This document shows positions 48,100-57,405 of a DNA stretch of 64,000 bases, piece after piece (the first letter of the stretch is position 1; each line of letters begins with the position of its first letter). The position numbers and the translations under genes were made by a program. The DNA is taken from the NCBI GenBank assembly GCA_030647205.1, contig JAUSJO010000002.1, positions 113,112 to 177,111 of the forward strand, read 5' to 3'. This DNA is from a bacterium (GTDB taxonomy: Bacteria; Patescibacteriota; CPR2; UBA1875; JAJYID01). The notes below the pieces were generated by a model. That model saw nothing but the letters and a program-made list of their open reading frames with translations, did not search any database and was not told the origin of the DNA.

Positions 48100-48713
48100 T
48101 ATTCAAAAATATTCAAAAAGACAACTCGGGTATGACGCTTATCGAACTGATTGTGAGTATGGCCATATTTTCTATTGTTATGACGCTAACGGTAGGATTT
48201 TTCTTAAGGCTACAGGTGCTTCAGGGAACTTACAGAGCAAGTGCTGAGATACAGCAAGAAGGGAAAATAGCTTCGGAGGCTCTTGTCAGGCTTGTGGGGG
48301 CTGCCGATGAAGTGACCATATATGACGGCGACGGCGACGGTGATATCTGTTCGCCATCTTCATCGTTTACTACTGCAAACTTGGGATATTCGGCGGATAA
48401 TTATTTGAAAGTAAAGACCAACCTTGGTAGTTTCATCTTTGCTTGCAATAAAGAAAAAAATTATACGAAACTAAAATCCGGACTATTTATATCTCAAGTA
48501 TCTTCGTTTCCACCAACACCGGCAGCAGGTGACCAATATTTTGACTTGGTTTCCGAACAGGCAGGGGTCAAAAGTTTCAAAGTACGGAAGATGCAAACCT
48601 ATCCGGAGTCTTTGCAATATGATATGGAAGTTGCTAAGGTAGATAAGGATGGTAACTTTTTGGGGCAGACAGGGGACTCACTGCATTTTAGAGGTTACTT
48701 AACGCTTAAATAG
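48096..48713 (+). CDS. minor pilin / pseudopilin (PilW-like)
   Basis: SGMTLIELIVSMAIFSIV N-terminus. Confidence 0.7.
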   Translation: MIFKNIQKDNSGMTLIELIVSMAIFSIVMTLTVGFFLRLQVLQGTYRASAEIQQEGKIASEALVRLVGAADEVTIYDGDGDGDICSPSSSFTTANLGYSADNYLKVKTNLGSFIFACNKEKNYTKLKSGLFISQVSSFPPTPAAGDQYFDLVSEQAGVKSFKVRKMQTYPESLQYDMEVAKVDKDGNFLGQTGDSLHFRGYLTLK

Positions 48714-48721
48714 ATTTGATT

Positions 48722-50305
48722 ATGAAAGTAAAAATGATTTTAAAAAATGATAAGGGAACCGCCATTTTATGGACAATGATGCTTGTTTTTCTTTTCTTTA
48801 TGGTTACTAGCAGCATGGTAGTAGTTTCATTATCAACTATTAGGCAGTCAAGTGAGATAAATGCATCAATAGATGCATATTTAGCGGCTGAGTCTGGCCT
48901 TGATATTGTACAGGAGAAGATAGACAGCTCGACGGCTAGTACAAGTGGACATTTCGGAGTAAACCCAAACGACGAAACAAACTATCAGACCCTCAAAACA
49001 CCCGGTTATAGTTATAATATTGTCAAAAAAGGAGAGCTGTTTAACGGAGTGCCATGTCCCGCTCCATATAGTTATTGCTATACAGTAGAGGGACAGGTTG
49101 GAAGCATTTCGAGGGAATATGTCGGTATGTGGAAGGAGAAGTCCTCTTCAAGAAAAGCGGGCCTAGACCTGTCAAAAGATGCCGGTGCCTCTATTGCTCT
49201 GGGTACACAGACAGTGCCTTTCTCGTGGGAATACCTTTATATCAAAAAGAATGCAATAGCCTCTAACCCCTTCTTTTCAACAGACAGTGGGGGAACCCAA
49301 AATGAGTCAATATATAATAACGAGGCAAGCAAGATAAACTACTTTAAAGTAAGCGGTAACATTAACTTTAACAACCCTGCACTGCATAGAAGCAAGGGTA
49401 CCTATACGTTTGGGCTTACTGATGATAATTCTTTTCTTAGGGTATGGGTGAATAACTATAGTAGGTGTAATAGTAATCCATATTCCGGTACCGATAATGC
49501 ATCGATAGCTTTTGGAATACCCGCAACTGCAGGTGATAGCGCAGCTCCATCTAGTTACGCCCCTGTGCATTGTATCTATCTAAATAAAAATAACCACACG
49601 CAACAAGTAAACAACTTTAAGTTTGAAATAATATATGAAGGACATGATGCCCCAAACAAATCCAAATATATATTAAAAATAAAAGACGCTGTTACCGGCG
49701 AATGCATAGGGAGTGATATTAGAGATGATTTCCAGGATACTCTTACTCTCGCGACACTAAAGATGTTTTTCCATCACCCTTCCGGTATTGATTTTGGCAG
49801 ATCTATTGATGCAGACGGTAATCCTTATTATGAGCAAGAAAACGATAGTAATACATCCGGCCTTATTGACTATAAGAACATATATTTTGAATATGATGTA
49901 AAGGAAGCGACATCGATTATGGTCCCGAACCTGGCTCTTACATATAGCGGCGCTTTTTGGAACGGCTACTCCGACTATCAGGATCGTCAACTGACAGCAT
50001 CTTTTGTTCTTGACAATACAGGTGCCGGTACCGGGTATAACGCAAAAGTGACCGATGCCTCGTTACATTCGGGAGTATATATCACAACACCCATGCCTTA
50101 TTCACTTGGCACTGCCGGAACTATTGCCCCGGGATATCATCAAGCATTCAACATGAAATTTCGAATTCCGTCGGGGACAACTACCTTTAAGGGCACTCTA
50201 TATGTAAGCGTTGAGGACTCAGATGGTACGGTTCATGACTACAGTCTTCCTTTTGAACCCACTTTTACTGCTAGCGGTGGTGGAGGAGGAGGTCCTCAAC
50301 CATAA
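48722..50305 (+). CDS. PilX-like large minor pilin / tip-associated protein
   Basis: GTAILWTMMLVFLFFMVTSSMVVVSL PilX_N-like N-terminus. 527 aa. C-terminal poly-Gly. Confidence 0.6.
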   Translation: MKVKMILKNDKGTAILWTMMLVFLFFMVTSSMVVVSLSTIRQSSEINASIDAYLAAESGLDIVQEKIDSSTASTSGHFGVNPNDETNYQTLKTPGYSYNIVKKGELFNGVPCPAPYSYCYTVEGQVGSISREYVGMWKEKSSSRKAGLDLSKDAGASIALGTQTVPFSWEYLYIKKNAIASNPFFSTDSGGTQNESIYNNEASKINYFKVSGNINFNNPALHRSKGTYTFGLTDDNSFLRVWVNNYSRCNSNPYSGTDNASIAFGIPATAGDSAAPSSYAPVHCIYLNKNNHTQQVNNFKFEIIYEGHDAPNKSKYILKIKDAVTGECIGSDIRDDFQDTLTLATLKMFFHHPSGIDFGRSIDADGNPYYEQENDSNTSGLIDYKNIYFEYDVKEATSIMVPNLALTYSGAFWNGYSDYQDRQLTASFVLDNTGAGTGYNAKVTDASLHSGVYITTPMPYSLGTAGTIAPGYHQAFNMKFRIPSGTTTFKGTLYVSVEDSDGTVHDYSLPFEPTFTASGGGGGGPQP

Positions 50306-50346
50306 GATTATTGGTATTGGGTTTTATCCTCGAGTTTCTTTTTGGG

Positions 50347-51306
50347 CTAACTTTTTTTGTGGAAGTTTTTATGTATTTCGCGTAGGCGGGTGTCCGTTAC
50401 ATGGGTGTAGATCTGGGTTGTCGTTATTGATGAGTGTCCGAGCATTGCCTGAACACTTCGGATGTCAGCACCATTAATGAGTAAATCTGTGGCGAAGGAG
50501 TGGCGGAGCATGTGCGGCGTCACTTTTTTTGTTATCCCAACCAGTTTTGCATATTTTGAGACCAGGCGTTGGATGCTTCTCGGTGTGAGGCGCATGTACT
50601 CGCCGTCATCAAGCCCGTCTTTTATCCCTGAAAAATGTATAAATAGTGGTTTGGCATTATCGTCTCTTTTTGAAAGGTAGGTTTTGATCTTTTTTGAAGC
50701 ACTATCTGATAGGAAAACTACACGGTCTTTTCCACCTTTCCCTCTGACATTGAACTCGCCCCTTTCCAGGTTGATTTGATCGCGATTTAGACCCGTGAGC
50801 TCGCTTATTCTTAAGCCCGTAGAAAAAAGAGTTTCAAGAATTGCGCTGTCACGCAAAGTAATGGTTTCTTTCTTGGATGGATGTTTTTCGGGCGCTTGCA
50901 GCAGATCGTCTACTTCGGATATCTCCAAGAATTCGATCTTCTTTCTTTCCATATTGCCGAGCTCGACTTTTTCAGCAGATAAGGACTTAATGTCGCGTTT
51001 GGCGAGGTATTTTAAGAATGCCCGGAGAGCTATAATGTGGTAGTTCTGGGTGATTTTCGCCAGATTTCCCCCGAGTTCTGTATTCAACCGGTTCAGATAA
51101 AGGCGGTATTTGCGGACTAGTTCGGCATTGATCTGCTCAGGTCGTATCTCACGGCTTCGGCCATCTTCGGCAAACTCCAAAAAACGTCTGAGATAGTGGT
51201 CATAGTTTCTGATTGTTAGCTCAGAATGGTTTTTCTCTATTTCACAGTATTCAAGAAAGTCGTTTACAAGATCATTAACGCTAGCCATGTCTATATTGTA
51301 CGACAC
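50347..51306 (-). CDS. xerC: tyrosine recombinase XerC/XerD family
   Basis: LRHSFAT...GHSSITTTQIYTHV catalytic region. N-terminal SAM-like domain. Confidence 0.85.
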   Translation of the reverse strand: MSYNIDMASVNDLVNDFLEYCEIEKNHSELTIRNYDHYLRRFLEFAEDGRSREIRPEQINAELVRKYRLYLNRLNTELGGNLAKITQNYHIIALRAFLKYLAKRDIKSLSAEKVELGNMERKKIEFLEISEVDDLLQAPEKHPSKKETITLRDSAILETLFSTGLRISELTGLNRDQINLERGEFNVRGKGGKDRVVFLSDSASKKIKTYLSKRDDNAKPLFIHFSGIKDGLDDGEYMRLTPRSIQRLVSKYAKLVGITKKVTPHMLRHSFATDLLINGADIRSVQAMLGHSSITTTQIYTHVTDTRLREIHKNFHKKS

Positions 51307-51318
51307 TTTTCTTCCCTT

Positions 51319-51384
51319 GTCATTCCGAGCGTAGCGGAGGAATCCCTTCCCCCGTATGTCATTCCCGCAGAGACGGGAATCTAG
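51319..51384 (+). repeat. two tandem GTCATTC-type hairpins
   Basis: GTCATTCCGAGCGTAGCGGAGGAATCCC and GTCATTCCCGCAGAGACGGGAATCTAG, directly upstream of repeat copy 3. Confidence 0.55.
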
Positions 51385-51395
51385 TCTTTCTTTAA

Positions 51396-51600
51396 ATAGT
51401 ATCCACTTTTTTAGAAAAAGTGGAGTAAAAATTGCGGCTTAGACGGTCTCTCAAAGTATCGTCTGGTTTGCTCTCTCATCTTTAAAAAAATTAACTCGCT
51501 TCTCTCAAACAAAATTCTTTTTAAAGGTTCGTTTACTCCCAGACTTTCTTTTCGAGCCGATAGCCGCAAGCGAGCTCCCTTTGAAAAAATCATGCCGGAT
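51396..51600 (+). repeat. ~200-bp intergenic repeat element, copy 3 (subtype B middle)
   Basis: Same CCACTTTTTTAGAAAAAGTGG start and CCCTTTGAAAAAATCATGCCGGAT end. Middle matches copy 5. Confidence 0.85.
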
Positions 51601-51684
51601 TTCATTGCTAGCTTTTGCAATATTGGTTATAGCTATAATTCCAACAACTTGAACATTTTGGACGATTCCCTCATACTTGTTTAT

Positions 51685-53130
51685 ATGAAAGCGGTTTTTT
51701 GTGGTGTTATTTTGTCCTCATTTGTCCTGGGCGTTTTTTTTGCTCCGTACTTTAGCGTTTCGACGGCAGCGCTCGTTGCACTTTTTGCCATTTTTTTTCT
51801 CTTGAGCCTTTCCCTTATTCCTGAGAAGTGGCTTTGGCTGAGCATGATTGCCATCGGTTTTTTCTTTCTGGGTGTTTTTCGCTTGCAGCAGTATCAAACC
51901 GGTCTTGAAAAAGTTACTTATCCGACAGATAAAGATGTGAATGTTCAGGGGCAGGTTGTGGAGCCGCCGGAGGATACTAAAAAAGCAACAAAGGTTGTGA
52001 TCCAGGATCAAGATAAAAAGGCAAAAATTCTGCTTATTTTGAGGCCGTTTTCAGGGATAAAGTATGGCGATTATCTGGCAGTTGAAGGGAAAATGGTCCG
52101 GCCGGAAAGCGAAAGTCTCAAAAACAACCTTCTTACAAAAGGGATTTCATACCAAATGCTTTTTCCGAACATAGAAAAGATTAAGACAGCCGGAAACCTG
52201 AGTTTGCAAATGCAGGCTAAAAACTTGCTGTATGGTGTGAGAAATCGTTTTGAAAGCAGTATAAACAGTATTTTGCCCGAACCGGAAAGCTCGTTTTTAG
52301 CGGGGCTTCTTCTTGGGATCAAAAGAAACTTGCCCGACTGGCTGATGGAAGATTTGCAAAAAAGTGGGACAACTCACATCATCGCTCTTTCCGGATTTAA
52401 TATTACTGTGATTGTGATGGGACTGCGTCTGATGTTTTCTAAAAAGTCGGCGAAAATGAGTTTCTATTTGCCACTCATAGCCATTGCCGGATTCGTGGTA
52501 ATGACCGGTGCGCAAAGTTCGGTGGTGAGAGCCGGCATCATGGGTGCGATGATGATGCTAGCGTACCGTGTCGGGCGCCAGTCGTCAGCTACGATGGCGA
52601 TAGTTATAACGGCAGCGGCAATGATATTTTATAACCCGATGATACTTAGATTTGATGTTGGTTTCCAGCTTTCATTTGCGGCATTTTTGGGAATTATCTA
52701 CCTGGGACCGATAATCCGAGAGATTTTACCCGGCAAAAGAGAGTCGTTGAAGGAGGTTCTCGCCATGACGCTTGGGGCGCAGGTAATGGCGTATCCGATA
52801 ATTCTCTACTACTTCGGCAACTTTTCGCTTATCGCACTCGCAACTAATTTAATAATTCTGCCATTTATTCCCTTTGTGATGCTCATCGGATTTATAAGCA
52901 CAGTTCTGGGCATGATATGGTCGTATCTGGGATATGTGCTATCGTGGACGGTGTTTTTTGCCCTGAGGGTAATCATCGGCGCAATCCACTTCTCTGCTTC
53001 CCTGCCTTTTGCATCTCTTGATGGTATAAACATCTCGCCGACCAATATGGCCATTTGTTACATCATAGTTCTAGAGCTGATATTTATTTATAAAGCTATA
53101 AAGAGAAAGCGCCTTTCAAATGGAAGATAA
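51685..53130 (+). CDS. comEC: ComEC/Rec2 competence membrane channel (DUF4131 + competence domain; no fused MBL domain)
   Basis: Polytopic. HIIALSGFNITVIV and SSVVRAGIMGAMMM are competence-domain signatures. Start chosen at MKAVFCGV. Confidence 0.8.
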   Translation: MKAVFCGVILSSFVLGVFFAPYFSVSTAALVALFAIFFLLSLSLIPEKWLWLSMIAIGFFFLGVFRLQQYQTGLEKVTYPTDKDVNVQGQVVEPPEDTKKATKVVIQDQDKKAKILLILRPFSGIKYGDYLAVEGKMVRPESESLKNNLLTKGISYQMLFPNIEKIKTAGNLSLQMQAKNLLYGVRNRFESSINSILPEPESSFLAGLLLGIKRNLPDWLMEDLQKSGTTHIIALSGFNITVIVMGLRLMFSKKSAKMSFYLPLIAIAGFVVMTGAQSSVVRAGIMGAMMMLAYRVGRQSSATMAIVITAAAMIFYNPMILRFDVGFQLSFAAFLGIIYLGPIIREILPGKRESLKEVLAMTLGAQVMAYPIILYYFGNFSLIALATNLIILPFIPFVMLIGFISTVLGMIWSYLGYVLSWTVFFALRVIIGAIHFSASLPFASLDGINISPTNMAICYIIVLELIFIYKAIKRKRLSNGR

Positions 53131-53998
53131 AACAAAGAAGATATTTTCGCCGATTGCGATTCTAATTTTGATAGTGGCATTTATTGGGATTTGGGCAAGT
53201 GTTTTTGCTGTTCCCGACAAGAAGCTAAAGGTCACATATCTTGATATCGGGCAGGGTGATAGCGAACTTATCGAGTTTCCGGATGGTAAAATGGCGCTTA
53301 TAGATGGCGGGCCGGGCAAAAAAGTTCTTGAGGGTTTGGGCAAAAATATGCCTTTCTACAAGCGAAAAATAGATATTATCTTTCTTTCTCATCCGCATGC
53401 TGACCATGTGGCGGGACTTGTTCATGTTTTGAGCCGATATGAAGTTGGACGAGTTGTGCTTACCCGGGCGGTTCATAATGCGCCGGAATATCAGGAATTT
53501 TTAAAGCAGGCTAAAGATAAAAATATTCCGGCGACTGAAGGTATCCGCGGAACGGAGTTTGACTTTTCCGGTGGCAGCAAAATTAAGATTTTATATCCGA
53601 CAGGTACGCTTGATAGTCAGAACCTAAACAATACCTCAGAAGTTTTGATGCTTGAGTCTGGCAAAACGAGATTTCTATTTATGGGAGATCTGGAAAATGA
53701 TGGATCTGATAAGCTGCTTGCTCTCGAGCCGGATTTGCAGACGGATGTCATAAAAGTGCCTCATCATGGCTCACAAAATGCTCTAAATGCAGATTTATAT
53801 AAGAAAGCTAGCCCAAAATATGCGGTTATTTCTGTTGGTAAAGATAACAAATACGGTCATCCTCACACTGAAGTACTGAATTTCCTGGAAGCTAGCGGGA
53901 TAAAATATTTCCGCACTGATACTGCCGGAGATGTAAGCCTTGTTTCGGACGGGACAAGTGTAGAGCTTAAAAAAGGAAATAATCTTTTGTCGTTTTAA
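53120..53998 (+). CDS. ComEC-type metallo-beta-lactamase domain protein (separate ORF)
   Basis: N-terminal TM. LSHPHADHVAGL and HHGS motifs. Overlaps the comEC stop by 11 nt. Confidence 0.75.
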   Translation: MEDKTKKIFSPIAILILIVAFIGIWASVFAVPDKKLKVTYLDIGQGDSELIEFPDGKMALIDGGPGKKVLEGLGKNMPFYKRKIDIIFLSHPHADHVAGLVHVLSRYEVGRVVLTRAVHNAPEYQEFLKQAKDKNIPATEGIRGTEFDFSGGSKIKILYPTGTLDSQNLNNTSEVLMLESGKTRFLFMGDLENDGSDKLLALEPDLQTDVIKVPHHGSQNALNADLYKKASPKYAVISVGKDNKYGHPHTEVLNFLEASGIKYFRTDTAGDVSLVSDGTSVELKKGNNLLSF

Positions 53999-54020
53999 GG
54001 TATTGTCACCATAATTATTC

Positions 54021-54044
54021 GTCATTCTGGCTTGTCCAGAAGCA
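54021..54044 (+). repeat. GTCATTC-type hairpin
   Basis: GTCATTCTGGCTTGTCCAGAAGCA, upstream of repeat copy 4. Confidence 0.45.
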
Positions 54045-54052
54045 TCTCTTTA

Positions 54053-54275
54053 AAATAGTTTCCACTTTTTTAGAAAAAGTGGAGTAAAAATCGCGACTTA
54101 TGGCGGCGACAAAGTGTCGGATTTCAGTTCGCTCAGGTTTGAAAAAATGAACTCGCTAGATCGCTCAGACAACATTATTTTCAAAATCTTCGTTCACTTT
54201 ATCCTCGCTTTGTCTTCGATAGTCGCATTAAGAGATCACTTGGCTCATCTTCCCTTTGAAAAAATCGTGCCGGGG
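54053..54275 (+). repeat. ~200-bp intergenic repeat element, copy 4 (divergent)
   Basis: Conserved 5' palindrome and 3' CCCTTTGAAAAAATCGTGCCGGGG. Arm variant GCGACT...AGTCGC. Confidence 0.8.
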
Positions 54276-54341
54276 AGGCCGTAAACATTTTACTTTACTA
54301 ATATATTCCATTATAGTTATAATGTTTAAAAGGAGAAAACA

Positions 54342-54713
54342 ATGGCTGCATCGAAAATTTTAATTATAGATGATGACCCTGCAATAAGAGAACTTTATGA
54401 AACCGGATTTAAACAGATTGGTTTTGATGTTCAGACAGCCGTCAATGGCGAGGATGCACTCACTAAGACACTCTCGTTTAAACCGGATCTTTTACTTCTT
54501 GATATTATGATGCCGGAGATACACGGGCTTCATGTTTTGGATATTATAAAAGCTACGCCAGAAGCTAAAGATATGAAAGTTATCGTGTTTACTGCACTTT
54601 CAGACGATGAAGCAAGGAAAAAAGCGGAAGAGTTTGGTGCGGACGGATACATAGTAAAATCTCAAAAAACGATGGCAGAGGTTATAAACTACGTTCAGGA
54701 AATGCTAAAGTAA
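54342..54713 (+). CDS. stand-alone response regulator receiver (CheY-like)
   Basis: ILIIDDDP...DLLLLDIMMP...K receiver motifs, 123 aa. Confidence 0.8.
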   Translation: MAASKILIIDDDPAIRELYETGFKQIGFDVQTAVNGEDALTKTLSFKPDLLLLDIMMPEIHGLHVLDIIKATPEAKDMKVIVFTALSDDEARKKAEEFGADGYIVKSQKTMAEVINYVQEMLK

Positions 54714-54926
54714 ATATTAGATAGTTAAAAATCTATTTGCAAAATTTCAGTAATGTTATAACATAAGTTTTATAATGATAGTTAAAAACATCAATGCAGT
54801 CTTGTTAACAGTTTTGTCTCTCCTACTACCGGTAAGAGAGAAAGGTTGGTGTTTGCCTTAAAGAGCAGATTGAAAAATAAGATATATCCAACCTTTCTGA
54901 AAGATCAGAAGGGTTTTTTGTTTTCA

Positions 54927-55003
54927 CGGGCCGTGGCGCAGTCTGGTAGCGCAATCCACCCATGGTGGAGAGGTCGGAGGTTCGAATCCTCTCAGCCCGA
55001 CCA
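54927..55003 (+). tRNA. tRNA with CAT anticodon (Met or lysidine-Ile); atypical C at position 33
   Basis: Cloverleaf: acceptor CGGGCCG/CAGCCCG, D-arm GCGC...GCGC, anticodon loop CCCATGG, T-arm GGAGGTTCGAATCCTCT, encoded CCA. Confidence 0.6.
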
Positions 55004-55666
55004 AACAATATCCGGATAGGAAACTATCTGATAATTCCAAAAGCCTCTGATCCTCTCTCTGTTTGGCACACAAGGCTAACTCTTCGAAATACTTCTGGTA
55101 ATCCCAAGGTGTTTCATTAAGCGTTGAGTTTCAGGGAGAGGATAAAGGGGTACGAACCTTTAACAATATAAATTCATTTTGTCAAAGTCACAAAAGAAAG
55201 GAGCAAGATTTGCATTGTCATGGAGGCAGCAAGTCAAGACCGGCCAAAGGACAGGTGTATCTATCGAGTCATGCAGTTTTGGTCGAGCGATGAAGATAGC
55301 GTGTACAGACAAACAAGTGTTGGCTTTTTGCGGACACTTCAGAAAGTACAACCACGCTTACTATTCGGAGCATTGGTAATAATCAAAAGTGAGGTGAATG
55401 ATGCAGACAAAGATAGACACACTTACCAAAACCTTCTCCTTTCCCGGTCTTTGTAAAACATCTCTCAGGGGGTTAGCGGAAAAATGTAACGCCGATGTTG
55501 AGATAAAGGGCTCTTCGGGGGCATTCGAACTATCCGGTAGTCCGGTTGATGTGCAGACTCTCGTGACTGAGGCAATGCATCATTGCGATTTCCAGAATCG
55601 TCCTGCATGAGGATCGTTAATTGGCATTAAAGGTCTACATTCTTTTGGTCAAAATACTGACTGGAG

Positions 55667-55927
55667 GTGAATAAAATGAAATTCAGTCCCAAAGAAGGGG
55701 AAGCCGGTACATATGTTCTTGATGTGACTGGTTATGTCTGCCCCCACCCTCAGCTATATACATTAAAGTGCATGGAAAAGCTAAAGAGCGGACAAATTCT
55801 GGAGGTGCTGGTGGACAATCCGTCTTCTGTTGAGTCGGTAACCCAAGCTTGTAATGGCAGGGGGTACACGATTCTTGAGTCTACCCAACCAAAAGCCGGG
55901 GTGACCCAGCTTCGAATCCAAAAATGA
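55667..55927 (+). CDS. TusA-like sulfurtransferase family protein
   Basis: LDVTGYVCPHPQL CPxP motif. Confidence 0.7.
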   Translation: MNKMKFSPKEGEAGTYVLDVTGYVCPHPQLYTLKCMEKLKSGQILEVLVDNPSSVESVTQACNGRGYTILESTQPKAGVTQLRIQK

Positions 55928-55931
55928 ATTC

Positions 55932-55967
55932 AAAGGGGCGCGATAACTATGGTTGTGCGCCCCTTTA
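55932..55967 (+). terminator. rho-independent terminator
   Basis: AGGGGCGCG...TGCGCCCCT followed by TTAAAATT. Confidence 0.55.
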
Positions 55968-56028
55968 AAATTGGCTTAAATCATGCTAAAATAGAGTATA
56001 TTTAGACTTAACTAGGGAGACAATATCT

Positions 56029-56769
56029 ATGTCAGGACATTCTAAATGGGCCTCCATCAAACATAAGAAAGCGGCTACCGATGCTAAAAAGGGGAAGGCA
56101 TTTACTCAGGCTGCAAACATGATAACTCTTGCGGCCAAAGAAGGCGGCGGAGACCCGATCATGAACTTCAAGTTGCGTCTTGCTATCGATAAGGCAAAGG
56201 CCGTAAATATGCCATCATCAAATATTGATCGCGCAGTAAAAAAAGGCACTGGTGAAGGCGGAGGCGGTCAGGTTGAGGAGTTGATTTATGAGGGTTACGG
56301 CCAAGAAGGAGTAGCTATTTTAGTCAGTACGGTGACGGATAACAAAAACCGAACCTCGGGAGATGTAAGAAGTACGTTGACCAAGTACGGCGGTCGTATG
56401 GCTGATGCCGGCTCTGTTTCATGGCTGTTTGACCAGCAGGGGCAGATTGTGGTTGCGGACACTTCTGAGGATGCAATGCTTGCGTCCATAGATGCAGGAG
56501 CAAGCGATGTGGAGGAGGAAGACGGGAAACTTTTTATTTACTCCGACTTAAACTCGATCAAAAAGATCAAAGAAGCTTTGGAAGCACTAGATATAAAAAT
56601 AGAGTCGGCCGAGATCACTTCAAAGCCCAAGAATTACATAAAAATAGAGAACGAGGAAACCGCCTCAAAGATTTTGAAACTAATAGATATGCTCGAAGGC
56701 CTAGATGACGTGACGGAAGTGTACGCAAACTTCGACATTCCGGATGAGATTTTGGAAAAGGTGGGCTAA
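56029..56769 (+). CDS. yebC: YebC/PmpR family transcriptional regulator
   Basis: MSGHSKWASIKHKKA start. Full-length conservation. Confidence 0.9.
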   Translation: MSGHSKWASIKHKKAATDAKKGKAFTQAANMITLAAKEGGGDPIMNFKLRLAIDKAKAVNMPSSNIDRAVKKGTGEGGGGQVEELIYEGYGQEGVAILVSTVTDNKNRTSGDVRSTLTKYGGRMADAGSVSWLFDQQGQIVVADTSEDAMLASIDAGASDVEEEDGKLFIYSDLNSIKKIKEALEALDIKIESAEITSKPKNYIKIENEETASKILKLIDMLEGLDDVTEVYANFDIPDEILEKVG

Positions 56770-56863
56770 AATGTCCGTTTGAATTGTTCGAATTGTTAGA
56801 ATTGAAAAAACATCTATAACAAGCGAAGCGATCAAACAGTTATAACAATTAAAACATTTAAAA

Positions 56864-57349
56864 ATGATTATTTTAGGGGTAGATCCCGGAACCGCCACAA
56901 CAGGATATGGTGTCATCGATAACACTAAAGGGATGAATAAATTTGTTGAATATGGCTGTATCCTAACGAAGTCCTCGGAGGATTTAGAAAACCGGTTAGT
57001 GACGATATTTGATGAACTGACTGAAATTATCAAGAAATTTAAACCCGAAATGGTAGCTGTTGAGGAGCTTTTTTTTGCAACAAATGCTAAAACGGCAATC
57101 TCTGTTGGGCATGCTCGAGGAGTAATACTTCTTGCCTGTTCCAAGGAAAAAGTGCCGGTTTATGAGTACACGCCTCTTCAGGTAAAGCAGGCGATTTGCG
57201 GATATGGACGGGGCGATAAACAGCAGATACAGAAAATGGTCAAAGCACTTTTGAATTTGGAAGAAATCCCGAAACCTGATGACGCCGCTGATGGTTTGGC
57301 TATCGCGATTTGTCATGCCAACTCATATAGAGCTTTTGCAGGGAAATAG
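56864..57349 (+). CDS. ruvC: Holliday junction resolvase RuvC
   Basis: IILGVDPGTATTGYGVI...VAVEELFF RNase H-like motifs. Confidence 0.9.
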   Translation: MIILGVDPGTATTGYGVIDNTKGMNKFVEYGCILTKSSEDLENRLVTIFDELTEIIKKFKPEMVAVEELFFATNAKTAISVGHARGVILLACSKEKVPVYEYTPLQVKQAICGYGRGDKQQIQKMVKALLNLEEIPKPDDAADGLAIAICHANSYRAFAGK

Positions 57350-57405
57350 ATTGCAGTTGAAGCTTGTCGAATAAAGTTCTAAAATAAGACTAAACGGAGG
57401 GGTTT

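Noticed and set aside
49075-49990. Several 60-90-aa ORFs on both strands inside the PilX-like gene
   Set aside because: They are nested within a long, well-supported prepilin-type ORF and lack start contexts. They are treated as spurious.
54927-55003. Possibility that the tRNA is an initiator tRNA-fMet or a pseudogene because of C33 and a weak 27-43 pair
   Set aside because: It lacks the three consecutive G-C pairs in the anticodon stem and the 1-72 mismatch typical of bacterial initiator tRNA. The cloverleaf and T-loop (GGTTCGAATCC) are otherwise canonical, so it is called an elongator CAT tRNA (Met or lysidine-Ile) with moderate confidence.
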